64,000 nt of DNA, taken from Eledone cirrhosa (lineage: Eukaryota). The position numbers were made by a program, and so were the translations under genes. Shown here piece by piece: positions 50,920 to 64,000 of this stretch (the stretch's first letter is position 1; every line of letters begins with the position of its first letter). Where the stretch lies: positions 159,774,001 to 159,838,000 of the forward strand of contig OZ024740.1 of assembly GCA_964016885.1 (NCBI GenBank), read 5' to 3'. The notes below the pieces were generated by a model. That model saw nothing but the letters and a program-made list of their open reading frames with translations. It was not told where the DNA came from and did no database searches.

Positions 50920-53900
50920 ACCACCACCACACCACTACCATTGCCCCCACCATCTCTACTGCAACCACCAACACCAACACCACCACCACACCACTACCAT
51001 TACCCCCACCATCTCTACTGCAACCACCAACACCAACACCACCACCACACCACTACCATTACCCCCACCATCTCTACTACAACCACCACCACCAACACCA
51101 CCACCACACCACTACCATTGCCCCCACCATCTCTACTGCAACCACCACCACCAACACCACCACCACACCACTACCATTACCCCCACCATCTCTACTACAA
51201 CCACCACCACCAACACCACCACCACACCACTACCATTGCCCCCACCATCTCTACTGCAACCACCACCACCAACACCACCACCACACCACTACCATTACCC
51301 CCACCATCTCTACTGCAACCACCACCACCAACACCACCACCACACCACTACCATTGCCCCCACCATCTCTACTGCAACCACCACCACCAACACCACCACC
51401 ACACCACTACCATTACCCCCACCATCTCTACTACAACCACCACCACCAACACCACCACCACACCACTACCATTACCCCCACCGTCTCTACTGCAACCACC
51501 AACACCAACACCACCACCACACCACTACCATTACCCCCACCATCTCTACTGCAACCACCACCACCAACACCACCACCACACCACTACCATTACCCCCACC
51601 ATCTCTACTGCAACCACCACCACCAACACCACCACCACACCACTACCATTACCCCCACCATCTCTACTACAACCACCACCACCAACACCACCACCACACC
51701 ACTACCATTGCCCCCACCATCTCTACTGCAACCACCACCACCAACACCACCACCACACCACTACCATTACCCCCACCATCTCTACTGCAACCACCAACAC
51801 CAACACCACCACCACACCACTACCATTGCCCGCCACCATCTCTACTGCAACCACCAACACCAACACCACCACCACACCACTACCATTACCCCCACCATCT
51901 CTACTGCAACCACCAACACCAACACCACCACCACACCACTACCATTGCCCGCCACCATCTCTACTGCAACCACCACCACCAACACCACCACCACACCACT
52001 ACCATTGCCCCCACCATCTCTACTGCAACCACCACCACCAACACCACCACCACACCACTACCATTACCCCCACCATCTCTACTGCAACCACCACCACCAA
52101 CACCACCACCACACCACTACCATTGCCCCCACAATCTCTACTGCAACCACCACCACCAACACCACCACCACACCACTACCATTACCCCCACCATCTCTAC
52201 TGCAACCACCAACACCAACACCACCACCACACCACTACCATTGCCCGCCACCATCTCTACTGCAACCACCACCACCAACACCACCACCACACCACTACCA
52301 TTGCCCCCACCATCTCTACTGCAACCACCACCACCAACACCACCACCACACCACTACCATTACCCCCACCATCTCTACTGCAACCACCAACACCAACACC
52401 ACCACCACACCACTACCATTGCCCGCCACCATCTCTACTGCAACCACCAACACCAACACCACCACCACACCACTACCATTACCCCCACCATCTCTACTGC
52501 AACCACCAACACCAACACCACCACCACACCACTACCATTGCCCGCCACCATCTCTACTGCAACCACCACCACCAACACCACCACCACACCACTACCATTG
52601 CCCCCACCATCTCTACTGCAACCACCACCACCAACACCACCACCACACCACTACCATTACCCCCACCATCTCTACTGCAACCACCAACACCAACACCACC
52701 ACCACACCACTACCATTGCCCCCACCATCTCTACTGCAACCACCACCACCAACACCACCACCACACCACTACCATTACCCCCACCATCTCTACTGCAACC
52801 ACCAACACCAACACCACCACCACACCACTACCATTACCCCCACCATCTCTACTGCAACCACCAACACCAACACCACCACCACACCACTACCATTGCCCCC
52901 CACCATCTCTACTGCAACCACCAACACCAACACCACCACCACACCACTACTATTGCCCCCACCATCTCTACTGCAACCACCACCACCAACACCACCACCA
53001 CACCACTACCATTACCCCCACCGTCTCTACTGCAACCACCAACACCAACACCACCACCACACCACTACCATTACCCCCACCATCTCTGCTGCAACCACCA
53101 ACACCAACACCACCACCACACCACTACCATTGCCCCCACCATCTCTACTGCAACCACCAACACCACCACCACACCACTACCATTGCCCCCCACCATCTCT
53201 ACTGCAACCACCAACACCAACACCACCACCACACCACTACCATTGCCCCCACCATCTCTACTGCAACCACCAACACCAACACCACCACCACACCACTACC
53301 ATTAACCCCACCATCTCTACTGCAACCACCAACACCACCACCACACCACTAACATTACCCCCACCAACACCCAACACCACCACACCACTACCATTACCCC
53401 CACCATCTCTACTGCAACCACCAACACCAACACCACCACCACACCACTACCATTACCCCCACCATCTCTACTACAACCACCAACACCAACACAACCACCA
53501 CACCACTACCATTGCCCCCACCATCTCTACTGCAACCACCAACACCAACACCACCACCACACCACTACCATTAACCCCACCATCTCTACTGCAACCACCA
53601 ACACCAACACCACCACCACACCACTACCATTACCCCCACCATGTCTACTGCAACCACCAACACCAACACAACCACCACACCACTACCATTACCCCCACCA
53701 TCTCTACTGCAACCACCAACACCAACACAACCACCACACCACTACCATTACCCCCACCATCTCTACTGCAACCACCAACACCAACACCACCACCACACCA
53801 CTACCATTACCCCCACCATCTCTACTGCAACCACCAACACCAACACAACCACCACACCACTACCATTGCCCCCACCATCTCTACTGCAACCACCAACACC

Positions 53901-54711
53901 AACACAACCACCACACCACTACCATTGCCCCCACCATCTCTACTGCAACCACCAACACCAACACCACCACCACACCACTACCATTACCCCCACCATCTCT
54001 ACTGCAACCACCAACACCAACACCACCACCACACCACTACCATTGCCCCCACCATCTCTACTGCAACCACCAACACCAACACCACCACCACACCACTACC
54101 ATTACCCCCACCATCTCTACTGCAACCACCAACACCATCACCACTACCACACCACTACCATTACCCCCACCATCTCTACTCCAACCACCAACACCATCAC
54201 CACCACCACACCACTCTCATTGCCCCCACCATCTCTACTGCAACCACCAACACCACCACCACACCACTACCATTACCCCCACCATCTCTACTGCAACCAC
54301 CAACACCATCACCACCACCACACCACTACCATTACCCCCACCATCTCTACTCCAACCACCAACACCACCACCACACCACTACCATTACCCCCACCATCTC
54401 TACTCCAACCACCAACACCATCACCACTACCACACCACTACCATTACCCCCACCATCTCTACTGCAATCACCAACACCACCACCACACCACTACCATTGC
54501 CCCCACCATCTCTACTGCAACCACCAACACCAACACCACACCACTACCATTGCCCCCACCATCTCTACTGCAACCACCAACACCAACACCACCACCACAC
54601 CACTACCATTACCCCACCATCTCTACTCCAACCACCAACACCAACACCACACCACACCACTACCATTATCCCCAACCCCTCTACTGCAACCACCACCACT
54701 ACCCCACCACC
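50920..54711. repeat. C/A-rich minisatellite, 59-60-bp unit, about 64 copies
   Basis: Unit cccccaccatctctactgcaaccaccaacaccaacaccaccaccacaccactaccatta, degenerating at the 3' end. Confidence 0.97.
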
Positions 54712-55011
54712 TGTAGTTAATATAAATGTAAAGTAAAGTACCAGTTCGATGTGTGGGTTGCTTAAAAGCAAAGATTCAATCTCAGTCAAGGACATACTTA
54801 TTATCCAACATTTTCTGATTATAGTTGTCTAGGATGAAATCATTTCCTTCCATTGGAATCATTGGAATTCATTTTACCCTTTGGCTCACTTCAAAAGACT
54901 TTCTTACATCATTTCTACCTCCCCACCTTCTCTCTCTCATTTTAACCCTTCAAAAGACTTTTTCACAATTCATGTCACCTCTTTCTCTTTCTTCCTGTCT
55001 TTCTCTCTTAT

Positions 55012-55278
55012 TTTAACCCTTTCATTGACATATTTCTTATGAAATATTCTGCCAATATATTTCAATTAATTTTGAAAATAATAAAGAAATTTGGAGGAAT
55101 TTAATAACATAACTAACATGTTCATTATTAAGCTAGGGTTTGGAATAATACTTAACAAAAGGTTCTTACATGAAATTAAGATGGAGGATATTAATTCAAA
55201 TATGAACATTACAAAACAAGTAGTTATGTATTAAAATTCCATGGCTGGTTTCTGGTAGATTAGTCTCAAGAGAGTTAA
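55012..55278. mobile_element. Degenerate piggyBac-like MITE; related copies at ~55571-55797 (inverted), 30495-30720, 36900-37140 and 42100-42337
   Basis: ttaaccctt...gagttaa ends; shared internal caattaattttgaaaataat / cattattaagct. Confidence 0.45.
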
Positions 55279-56712
55279 AGAATTTCTTTACTTTCTCTTC
55301 TTCATGGATTGTCTTCTGCCTCTCTCTCTCTCCCTCTCTCTTTCTCACTCTCACCTTCTCTCTCACTCTTTCCTTCCTTTCTGTACCTCCTTCTCCTTTA
55401 TAATCCCTTTTCCCTCTTTTTCTTCTTCCCTTTTCCCTATCTCTTTCTCTCTCCAATCTCATTCTCACTTCTCTCTTGCAACATATTTCCCCCTGTATCT
55501 CTCACTTTTCTTAATTCTGTTGAACAACCTCATCTCCCCATTTTTCTTTGTTTCTTTTTCTTTGATCAATTTAGCTCTTTTGATACCAACTCAGTTGAAA
55601 CTGCCCCTGGTTATAAAACATTTTAATTTGAATTGTAAGAGTTTGGTAGAATCTTTCTTAAGTTATTTCCCTAACAACAGCTTAATAATGAGAAAGTTAT
55701 ATTACTAAATCCCTACCAAAGTGTTGATTATTTTCACAATTATTTGAAAACCACAGGCAGTGTTTTTCTTTAGAAATATGGGAAATAAAGGTTTAAACAC
55801 TCCAGTCTGTCTGCCACTGTCTCTCTGTCTCTCTTTTTCTTTGTCTTTGTCTTTCTGACTTAGTCTCTGTCCTCTCAATCTATCTCTGACTTTCTCTCTG
55901 TCTCCTTTTTTTAATCAGTCTCTTTAATCACTTCCAACTCTCTCTCTCCCTCTCTCTCCCTCTCTCTCTCTCTTTCTTTCTCTTTCTCTTTCTCTTTCTC
56001 TCTCTCTTCTTTCAATCTCTTCTCTGCTCTTTTATTCACCCCTCCCTCTCTCTCACTCCCTCTCTCTCTATATATATATTCATTTTCTCAATCCTTATAT
56101 TCACCCCACCCCCTATCTTCCCCTTTCTCTCTATCTCTAGCTCACTATTCTCAATCCCTTTTCTCCCCCCCACCCTTCTCTCCCCATCCTCTCTCTTACC
56201 AATTCCTTTAATCACTTCCTGTCTCTTTTTGTTCTAATAATTGTTTCTATTTTTGGCACAAGGCCACCAAATTACCCAGTGCATTACTGGTACTTTATTT
56301 TATCGATCCCGTGTTCTAATACTGATTTGCCAATCACTCCATCTATCTCTTTTTTTCTCTCTATCTTTCTTAAATTATTTATTCATTTTACTAATTTACT
56401 CTGTCTCTCTGCCTACCTCACTCTCACACTTTGTCACACATACACACGTGCACACACACACGCACACACATGCACGCCGCGCGCACGCACACACACACGC
56501 ATGCACACACGCGCACACATATTCTCTCTCTTTCTGATTCACACACACACACATACACACTCTCTCTCTCTTTCACACACTTTCTGTCTCTCAATTTCCC
56601 TCTTTCACACACACTCTCTCTCCACCTCACTCACATTGTACAGATGTATCCATTTCTTTTCTATTCATATTCAAGATACTCTTTCTATTTTCTCTCTTTT
56701 TCTCTTTCTCTT

Positions 56713-56750
<38 letters not shown>

Positions 56751-57189
56751 CATATATATATCTGACCTCTTCCTCACACTTCCACTCACTCACTTACTGT
56801 TTCTCCCCTTCTCACTTCACCCCGTTCGCGACGAAAACAATTTCCTTCTTTCTTACATTTGGATTCATCTCGAAAGGTCTTTTTTTTACGCGCTCATATA
56901 TTCACCCAGCTTATGCTGACAGAATAACTATGTAGCTTGTGCCTCTTCCTATCTACGGTTAGCTTTCCTCTTTGTTGTTTACTTGTCTCACTCGCTTTAC
57001 GTGTTTTAATTGTCCTAATAACTTAATTTAGTTATTATTGCACCAACGTGAGGTATATGATTTTTAATGCAATGAAATATCTATGATCGTTGGCAAATCA
57101 CTGATGAGGGACTCATTTTATAACATGTTATCCATGTGCAACCTGCAGTATTCTTCTCCCCATTTTTTCACATATATATATATATATAT

Positions 57190-57361
57190 ATATTGTTATA
57201 CTTTGGGAGGGTCATGTTGCCAATAAGAAACACACGCACCAGATGCTTTCACTTCGATTTATTATAATAAATTTATAAATTTATTATAATAAATTGAAGT
57301 GAAAGCAACTGGTGCGCGTGTTTCTTATTGGCAACATGACCCTCCCAAAGTATAACAATAT
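57190..57361. repeat. Loopless 172-bp palindrome in (TA)n context
   Basis: Arms are reverse-complementary about atttataaat (57271-57280) with about three mismatches; unique extension 57362-57420. Confidence 0.88.
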
Positions 57362-57417
57362 CGGTTTCAACACACGTTTTCAGATAAAGAATCTTACTAA
57401 ACAAATTCAGAAACGAA

Positions 57418-57449
<32 letters not shown>

Positions 57450-57997
57450 GTATATTACTATGAATACATATGTCTGTGTATGCTTGTTCTATGTATGTGC
57501 ATATGTATGTATATGTCTGTATGTGCCTGTGTATGACTGTATGTGAGTGTATACTTGGGATCTCTCTCTCTCTACACACACATATATGGGTTTGTGTGTG
57601 TGTGTGTGCATAACCTTATGTGTCTGTATGTGTGTGTGTATAAGCTTGTGTGTATGTGTGTATCGACCCTACACCTGTCGACTAATTTCGATGTTATGTG
57701 CATTCCATTTCCCAAAACTGCATTTCCTTTGTGACTGATAATGAAATCAGATGTGGTAATGAAGTGTTGAAGTGGTAGGTCTGGGGAAGGATGGGAAGGA
57801 AAGGATGAGGGAAGGGGGAGGAGGGAGAGGAGGGAAGAATAGATGTGTACACAGAAAATAGAAAAGGAAGTGAGGAAGAGGAGGGGAGGAAAAGAAAATA
57901 CAAGAGTTGCAAAGGATGAAGAGAGGATGGATGTGTGTGTGTGTGTGTGTGTGCAAAGGAGGAGGATATGAAAATAGATGTAGTAGATGGAGATAGT

Positions 57998-58290
57998 TGA
58001 GAGAGAGAGAGGGTATGTGTGAGAGAGAGAGAGGGTATGTGTGAGAGAGAGAGATGGTATGTGTGAGAGAGAGAGTATGAGAGAGAGGGTATGAGAGAGA
58101 GGGTATGTGTGAGAGGGTATGTGTGAGAGAGAGAGGGTATGTGTGAGAGAGAGAGAGGGTATGTGTGAGAGAGAGAGAGGATATGTGTGAGAGAGAGAGA
58201 GGGGGTATGAGAGAGAGAGAGGGGGTATGAGAGAGAGGGTATGTGTGAGAGAGAGAGGGTATGAGAGAGAGGGTATGTGTGAGAGAGGGT
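57998..58290. repeat. (GA)n-GGGTATGTGT minisatellite
   Basis: Direct reading. Confidence 0.9.
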
Positions 58291-58447
58291 AAAACCAGAT
58301 CTTTTAGTGAGAGAAAGAAGAGGGAGATTTGTAAATATTCCTTGTCTCCCATATATACATATATACAACAGGTCTGAACACAAAAGTACCAAACACCTAC
58401 TGTCACTGCCTCTGTCTTTCCTGCTCTCCCCATCTCTCAATAGATAA

Positions 58448-58800
58448 CTTTCTTTATTAGCCACAAGGGCACAAAAGAAGGGGACAAATACAAATGGGGA
58501 GTTTACATACAGGTATATGAAAATAAAACTATTAATACAATAACAAATAACAATTGAAATCCCCAATAGGGGGAGGCGTTACACAGGGGTTGTACACACC
58601 CCGAAAAAATGTACAACCCTCATCTCCAGGAGCACCAAGAGTGAGTACTCCCTTCCTCTCTTCCTCTTTTTCCTTAACCTACAGGCTTATATAGAGAGAA
58701 GGCCCAACCACTCGGGCCATCTTTGCCACATTCAGCCACCTTTTATAAAATTTGCTGGGGTACAGCACCTCTCTCTCCATCCTGATTCTTCTTCCAAAAT
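58448..58800 (-). mobile_element. 3' end of an L1/Tx1-like LINE with target-site duplication
   Basis: Minus strand FGRRIRMEREVL / FIKRWLNVAKMARVVGPSLYISL*, 3'UTR ending aataaagaaag; atctctcaatagataa on both sides. Confidence 0.55.
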
Positions 58801-58919
58801 GATCTCTCAATAGATAAATGATCTCTCAATAGATAAATAGATAGATAGAGAGCAAGTTAAACAGACAGATGGACATAGACAAGCATCAGGAATTTTTTAA
58901 ACTTATAAGTTTAAAAAAT

Positions 58920-59790
58920 TCTGGGGTCGATTTAATCGACTTTCACCTCCGCCCAAATTACTGGCCTTGTGCCTAAAGTAGAATTGGCAGTGTTGGTGGA
59001 GGGTCGGATGCCATGCTTTGACGCATAGAGTTACGGTCCTTGCCATTCTGCGTTCAAATCCCGCCGAGGTTAACTTCGCCTTTCATCCTTACGGGGTCGA
59101 TAAAATAAAGTACCAGTAATGTACTGGGTAATTGCTGGCCTTGTGCCAAATGTAGAAACAATTATTACTGCAAATTAAAGAATATTAAATTATAGGGAAA
59201 AAGAAAAAAAATTGATAAATACTGCTTAAGTGCAGTTTTGAATCCTCAGTGATAGCATTAATTACTGCAACTCATATAGCTAACTTTCTTCCTAAATTAG
59301 AAACCATCAATTAGCACTATGTCTCAGGTGTCAAAAGATGAACCTGCAAGTAAATATCCTTCATTTACTAAACTAATGTTTAAGTACTTAACTATTACTC
59401 AAACTTATGGATTGGCAGTATCGGTAGAGAGTCGGTTGCTATGTTTTGCAGTATAGAGTCACGGCCATTTATGATCTGAGTTCAAATCCCGCCAAGGTTA
59501 ACTTTGCCTTTCATCCTTACGGCGTTGATAAAAAAAAGTACCAGTCATGCACTGGGGTTGATTTTATCGACTTTCCCCTCCCCCGAAAATTGCTGGCCTT
59601 GTGCCTATATAAGAAAAATTGTTATTATTATTTGTCTGTCTTGCCCTTTACATTCTGAGTTCAAATCCTGCCGAGGTTAGCTTTCACTTTCACCCTTACG
59701 GCGTTGATTAAATAAAGTACCAGTAATGCACTGGGTCAATTTCCCCACACCAAAAATTGTTGACCTTTTGCCTAAAGTAGAAACAATTAT
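58920..59790 (+). mobile_element. Cluster of SINE family 1 copies
   Basis: Cores at ~58920, 58984-59165, 59408-59625 and 59645-59790. Confidence 0.8.
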
Positions 59791-59849
59791 TTGTCTATCT
59801 TCTTTATCTATTTCTAACATACTTTCTTGTGGAAGGTCTAAATTAATCC

Positions 59850-60190
59850 TTATACTGAGAACAATGTAGTATAATTCTGTGTTAAGTTTGTCTGTATTGT
59901 GGCGTGGTAAATAAACATATACATATACACCAGGTCCGAACACAATGGAATCAACCTTCCACTGTCCTGCTCTCCCCATCTCTCATTTTTATAAGCAAAT
60001 GAGGCCCATGCACTAGCCACCCTGCAGCCCTGGCGGACAGAATAGAGGTGTTTCCTCGGAGGATGGTGAGGGAGATGCGCTCGTAGAGCAATTCCAGCTT
60101 ATGAGGCTCATACCTGCAGGTAGCCAACTCTGTGCTAATGCTGGTGAGTAGGGAGGTGGTCCTAGGGCCAAGGACACCAGAAGTCTTCTC
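59850..60190 (-). mobile_element. CRE-like non-LTR 3' end (RLE tail plus 3'UTR); related UTR at 58370-58438
   Basis: TSGVLGPRTTSLL...LLYERISLTILRGNTSIL resembles the xRxSxxxxRGN terminal motif; gagatggggagagcagga is shared with the ~58420 copy. Confidence 0.6.
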
Positions 60191-60295
60191 TATTACTCTA
60201 TTTACAATATTGAGTAATTTAAACCATTGTTTTTTGTTTGTACACTGATGAATTATATACACACATACACACATACACACATACACACACACAGT

Positions 60296-60336
<41 letters not shown>

Positions 60337-60443
60337 TAATATTTTTCTTTTATGCATTTTCTTTATATTTTAATTTTATATACGTCTAGTGAAATAAATT
60401 ATAAGAAAAAACAAAACAAAAAACTGTAGTGGTTCAAAAGTAC

Positions 60444-60630
60444 TATCATCATCATCATCATCATCATCAACGTTTAACGTCTGTGTTCCACGCTTGCATG
60501 GGTTTGGACGGAGGTTTTCCCACTTGAGGCAAGAGTGATTGTCTTGCTCGCATAGGACTGTCTGGCAGGTTTTCTACAGTTGGATGCCCTTCCTAACACC
60601 AACCACATTTACAGTGTGGATCTGGGAGGT
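60444..60630 (-). mobile_element. RTE subfamily A 3' tail
   Basis: Reverse complement of 26650-26830. Confidence 0.88.
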
Positions 60631-61486
60631 ATATATATATATATATATATATATTCTAGTATAATACAATACTATAAAAAATGACAAGGTTTATCTTAAA
60701 ATACACTTAATTTAATGATTCCTTGATAACAACATTCTATTTAAAGTTACTTGAATCCTTCAATTTTCCTTGATTTTCTCCTTTTAGTCCATCTATTTAT
60801 CATTGAATTTCAATTTACCTTTTGACCATCATTGTATTTCATTTTACATTCATTTGAATTAGAATAATTTTCTTCCATATTTTCTTTAATCATTATCAAA
60901 TATCATAATTTAATGTCTGCTTTCCTGTTGGCTAGGGTTGGTCTTTATCATATATTCACTTAATTATGATGACATTTTACTACCTATAAGTCTATCGTTG
61001 GACTGTTATAGTGTTTCAATGGTGTAGTAGTTTTAATTGTTCTTTTTCTGGTGGTAGATACATTGTTAAATATACATAGAAGGGTAGATAAGTAAAGGCA
61101 TAGCTAGATAGATAAACAGATTTAAAGATAAATAGATTGACAGATAGAAACAAAGACAAGCTAGCTAGAAAAATAGACATACATTGCTTTTACTTTCCAA
61201 AGATAGATATATAAGTTAATAGTTAGAGATAGATGTTATGATACTGATGACTATCTAGATGGTTGCTGTCTTTGGTGTTGTAAACAAAGGACAGGCACAC
61301 CCTCACATCTAAACAAAACATGCCCAAACACAAACACACGTGCATGTATATATATATAAAATATTTTAATGCACCTGCACACATTACCAATTCTCAAGTA
61401 AATCAATTATCACAAAGTGGTTGTCATGTGATTATGTTTTATTATAATTATGCACACACACACACACACACATATATATACATATA

Positions 61487-61520
<34 letters not shown>

Positions 61521-62243
61521 GGGAATCGTAGATTGAAAGAGTGTGTGAGAGGAGACAGTGGATAGGCAATAAAGAAAATGAAAATAGAATGACAAAGTTA
61601 AGTTTAAAAAGAAAGAAGAAGACTTGAGAATGAAAAAGTGAAGAAAAGGTAAGATGGAAGTTTAAACTAAAATCGGTAACGAAGTTAAAATTCAATACTG
61701 CGTCTTTGATTAGAGTTGACATTAATGAGATCTAGAGAAGGAGAAAAATAAAGTTGGATAATACATACACACACACACGTGTCTGTACGTATGTGTGTAC
61801 ATAAAGGGAAATATATATGTATGTGTATATATAGAGAGAAAATGAGGCAGAGAAATAAAGGAGAGAGAGGTAGGAGAGAAATAAAGAATGATAGGAAAGA
61901 GAATAAGAGAGAGTGAGAGAGAGACAGACAGATGGAGATGAGAAAAATAATGAGGTTGAAAAAGAAAGGAAGAGTGGAGCATAGAAGAAATAGAGAAAGG
62001 GGAAATTATAGTTTAATGACGTAAAGGGAGAAAAAGGAAGAGGAGGAGAGAGAGAAGAGAGAAAGAGAGAGAAGCAAGAAAACAAAGATGAGAAGCTGAA
62101 TAGAAGAGTAAGACAAATGAGAGGATAAGACACACATACACAAATATAAATGTACACATATACATAAGCACACACACAAACACACACACACATATAAATA
62201 CACATACATGCAGACACACATTCGTACACATACATATATACAC

Positions 62244-62570
62244 ATCATTTCATTTCATCATTTGATTTTACGTCCGCTTTTTCCCTGCTTGCAAGGGTGG
62301 GATGAGAACTGATTCTGGCTTGATTTCAACAGCTGGATGCCCTTCCTAACACCAACCTCATTTACAGTGAGTGCTAGGTGCTTTTTTGCCGTGTCACCTC
62401 CACGACCACTTTGCAGTCCCTATCATCTCATTTCTACAGCTGAGTAAACTGGAGCAATGTGAAATAAAGTCTCTTGCTCAAGGAAACAACACATCACCCG
62501 GTCCGAGAATTGAACTCACAACCTTTTGATTGCAAGGTTAATGCTCTAACCACTAAGCCATGTGCCTCCA
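62244..62570 (-). mobile_element. SINE family 2 with subfamily-C tail
   Basis: Matches 10188-10527. Confidence 0.82.
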
Positions 62571-62629
62571 TACATATACATATGCATATACATATGCACC
62601 CATACATATACACACACACCTCTCTCTCC

Positions 62630-62662
<33 letters not shown>

Positions 62663-63500
62663 ACCACACATGCAGACGCACACATTCATACACATATACA
62701 CATGCATATATACATATGCGCGTGCACACACACACATATATACACATGTAGACACACATTCATACACATATATACACATGCATATACATATGTGCATGCA
62801 CACACACATGCAGACACACACACATGCAGACACACATTCATACACACACATATATACATATGTACACATATACACATTTACAAGAAGAAAAAGAGAAAGA
62901 AATAACAACAAAGAAACAACAAACATAACAACCCTCCAAAGAAACTACAGCAAAAACCAAACAAAAGCCACATAGAAAAATAAGTCAAAGCAATAAACTA
63001 ATATATAAAATTTCACGATGATATATGCAAAAAAATACAACGAAGGGGAACCAAATTATTTTGATTTTCACAAAATATCGTCTGCATTTTTATGTCCTTT
63101 TTGTCTGTTTAAATATGTATATTTTGTATGATTTTTTAAAAATTAATGGAAGAGAAATATGGCAATATTGAGTCTGTGGAATAAGCAGATGTTTTAATTT
63201 TATTTTGATTAACAAAGAGTGTTACACTGATGAAATGCATATAAAATCATTAAAAAGAAAAAATTTGCTGTGTGATTTTAAAAATCTTAGTGTGTGTTTT
63301 TGGCTTTGGATTGAATGATATTCTATATTGTCACTCATTTTTCTCTTTCTTAGTATATTTTTCTTATTCTAATTGCATTCTGCTTTCTCTTTCTCTCTCT
63401 TACATGCACTCCTCCAATTTCTCTGTGTGTGTGTGGTGTGTGTGTTTATTTACTGTCTCTGCCTGAATTATATGTGTCATCATTATTATCATTTAACATG

Positions 63501-63657
63501 TGGATTGGCAGTATCAGAGTTACGGCCCTTGCTATTCTGAGTTCAAATCCCGCCGAGGTTAACTTTGCCTTTCATCCTTACGGGGTTGATAAAATAAAGA
63601 ACCAGTAATGCACTGGGATAATTGCTGGCCTTGTGCCAAAAGTAGAAACAATTATTA
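63501..63657 (+). mobile_element. SINE family 1 (internally deleted)
   Basis: Same core and tail as 8170-8355. Confidence 0.78.
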
Positions 63658-64000
63658 TCATTTAACGGCCATTTTTCCATGTTAGCATCGGTTATACAGC
63701 AATGTATATATATATATCATCATTTTATGTTCACCTTTCCACAACAAAATGAACCCACTGCACTCTGTAAAATGGATGACATTAGAAAGGGAAGCTAACT
63801 GTGGAAATCATACCAAACATGAAATGTATGAGCAAGACATGGTCCTCTACCTCATTTAGTCTAGGAATGTGACAAATTATACAGTCCATGCCAAAATAGA
63901 AAAATGATATAAAGAGAATAATGATGTTTCATGCTAAAGACCAAGTCAGTATTTTTTCAGAACTACTGGTATCCAAGACAGATCAGGAAACTGTGTCTTG

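Noticed and set aside
50903-54720. 800-1120-aa Pro/Thr/His-rich ORFs
   Set aside because: All three frames are open only because the 59-bp repeat lacks stop codons; the unit length is not a multiple of three
57101-57170. Hammerhead at CTGATGAggg (similar motif at ~785)
   Set aside because: No GAAA/cleavage-site half found downstream; at most a pLTR remnant

Overview
AT-rich, repeat-saturated eukaryotic DNA, most likely intronic or intergenic. The microsatellite, SINE and RTE repertoire suggests an octopod cephalopod (inference). No host protein-coding gene can be supported, and most ORF-track entries are microsatellite artefacts. The window holds: (i) at least three subfamilies of RTE-clade LINEs, including one intact 1058-aa APE+RT ORF (23299-26475), all carrying a C4HC3 PHD-like finger inserted inside the RT; (ii) a ~6-kb minus-strand RTE whose 5' end is a ~405-bp tandem monomer array with an antisense 75-codon ORF, and whose subfamily shares an in-frame TGA at a conserved Trp; (iii) four fold-back (palindromic) insertions in (TA)n tracts, two with complete minimal hammerhead-ribozyme cores (one of these also carrying a Penelope-like GIY-YIG C-terminus) and one with a half core; (iv) a Penelope/RTE chimera, two tRNA-type SINE families, CRE-like and L1/Tx1-like fragments, hAT and piggyBac-like MITEs, and a 59-bp minisatellite. 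Coordinates were read by eye and element ends are approximate.
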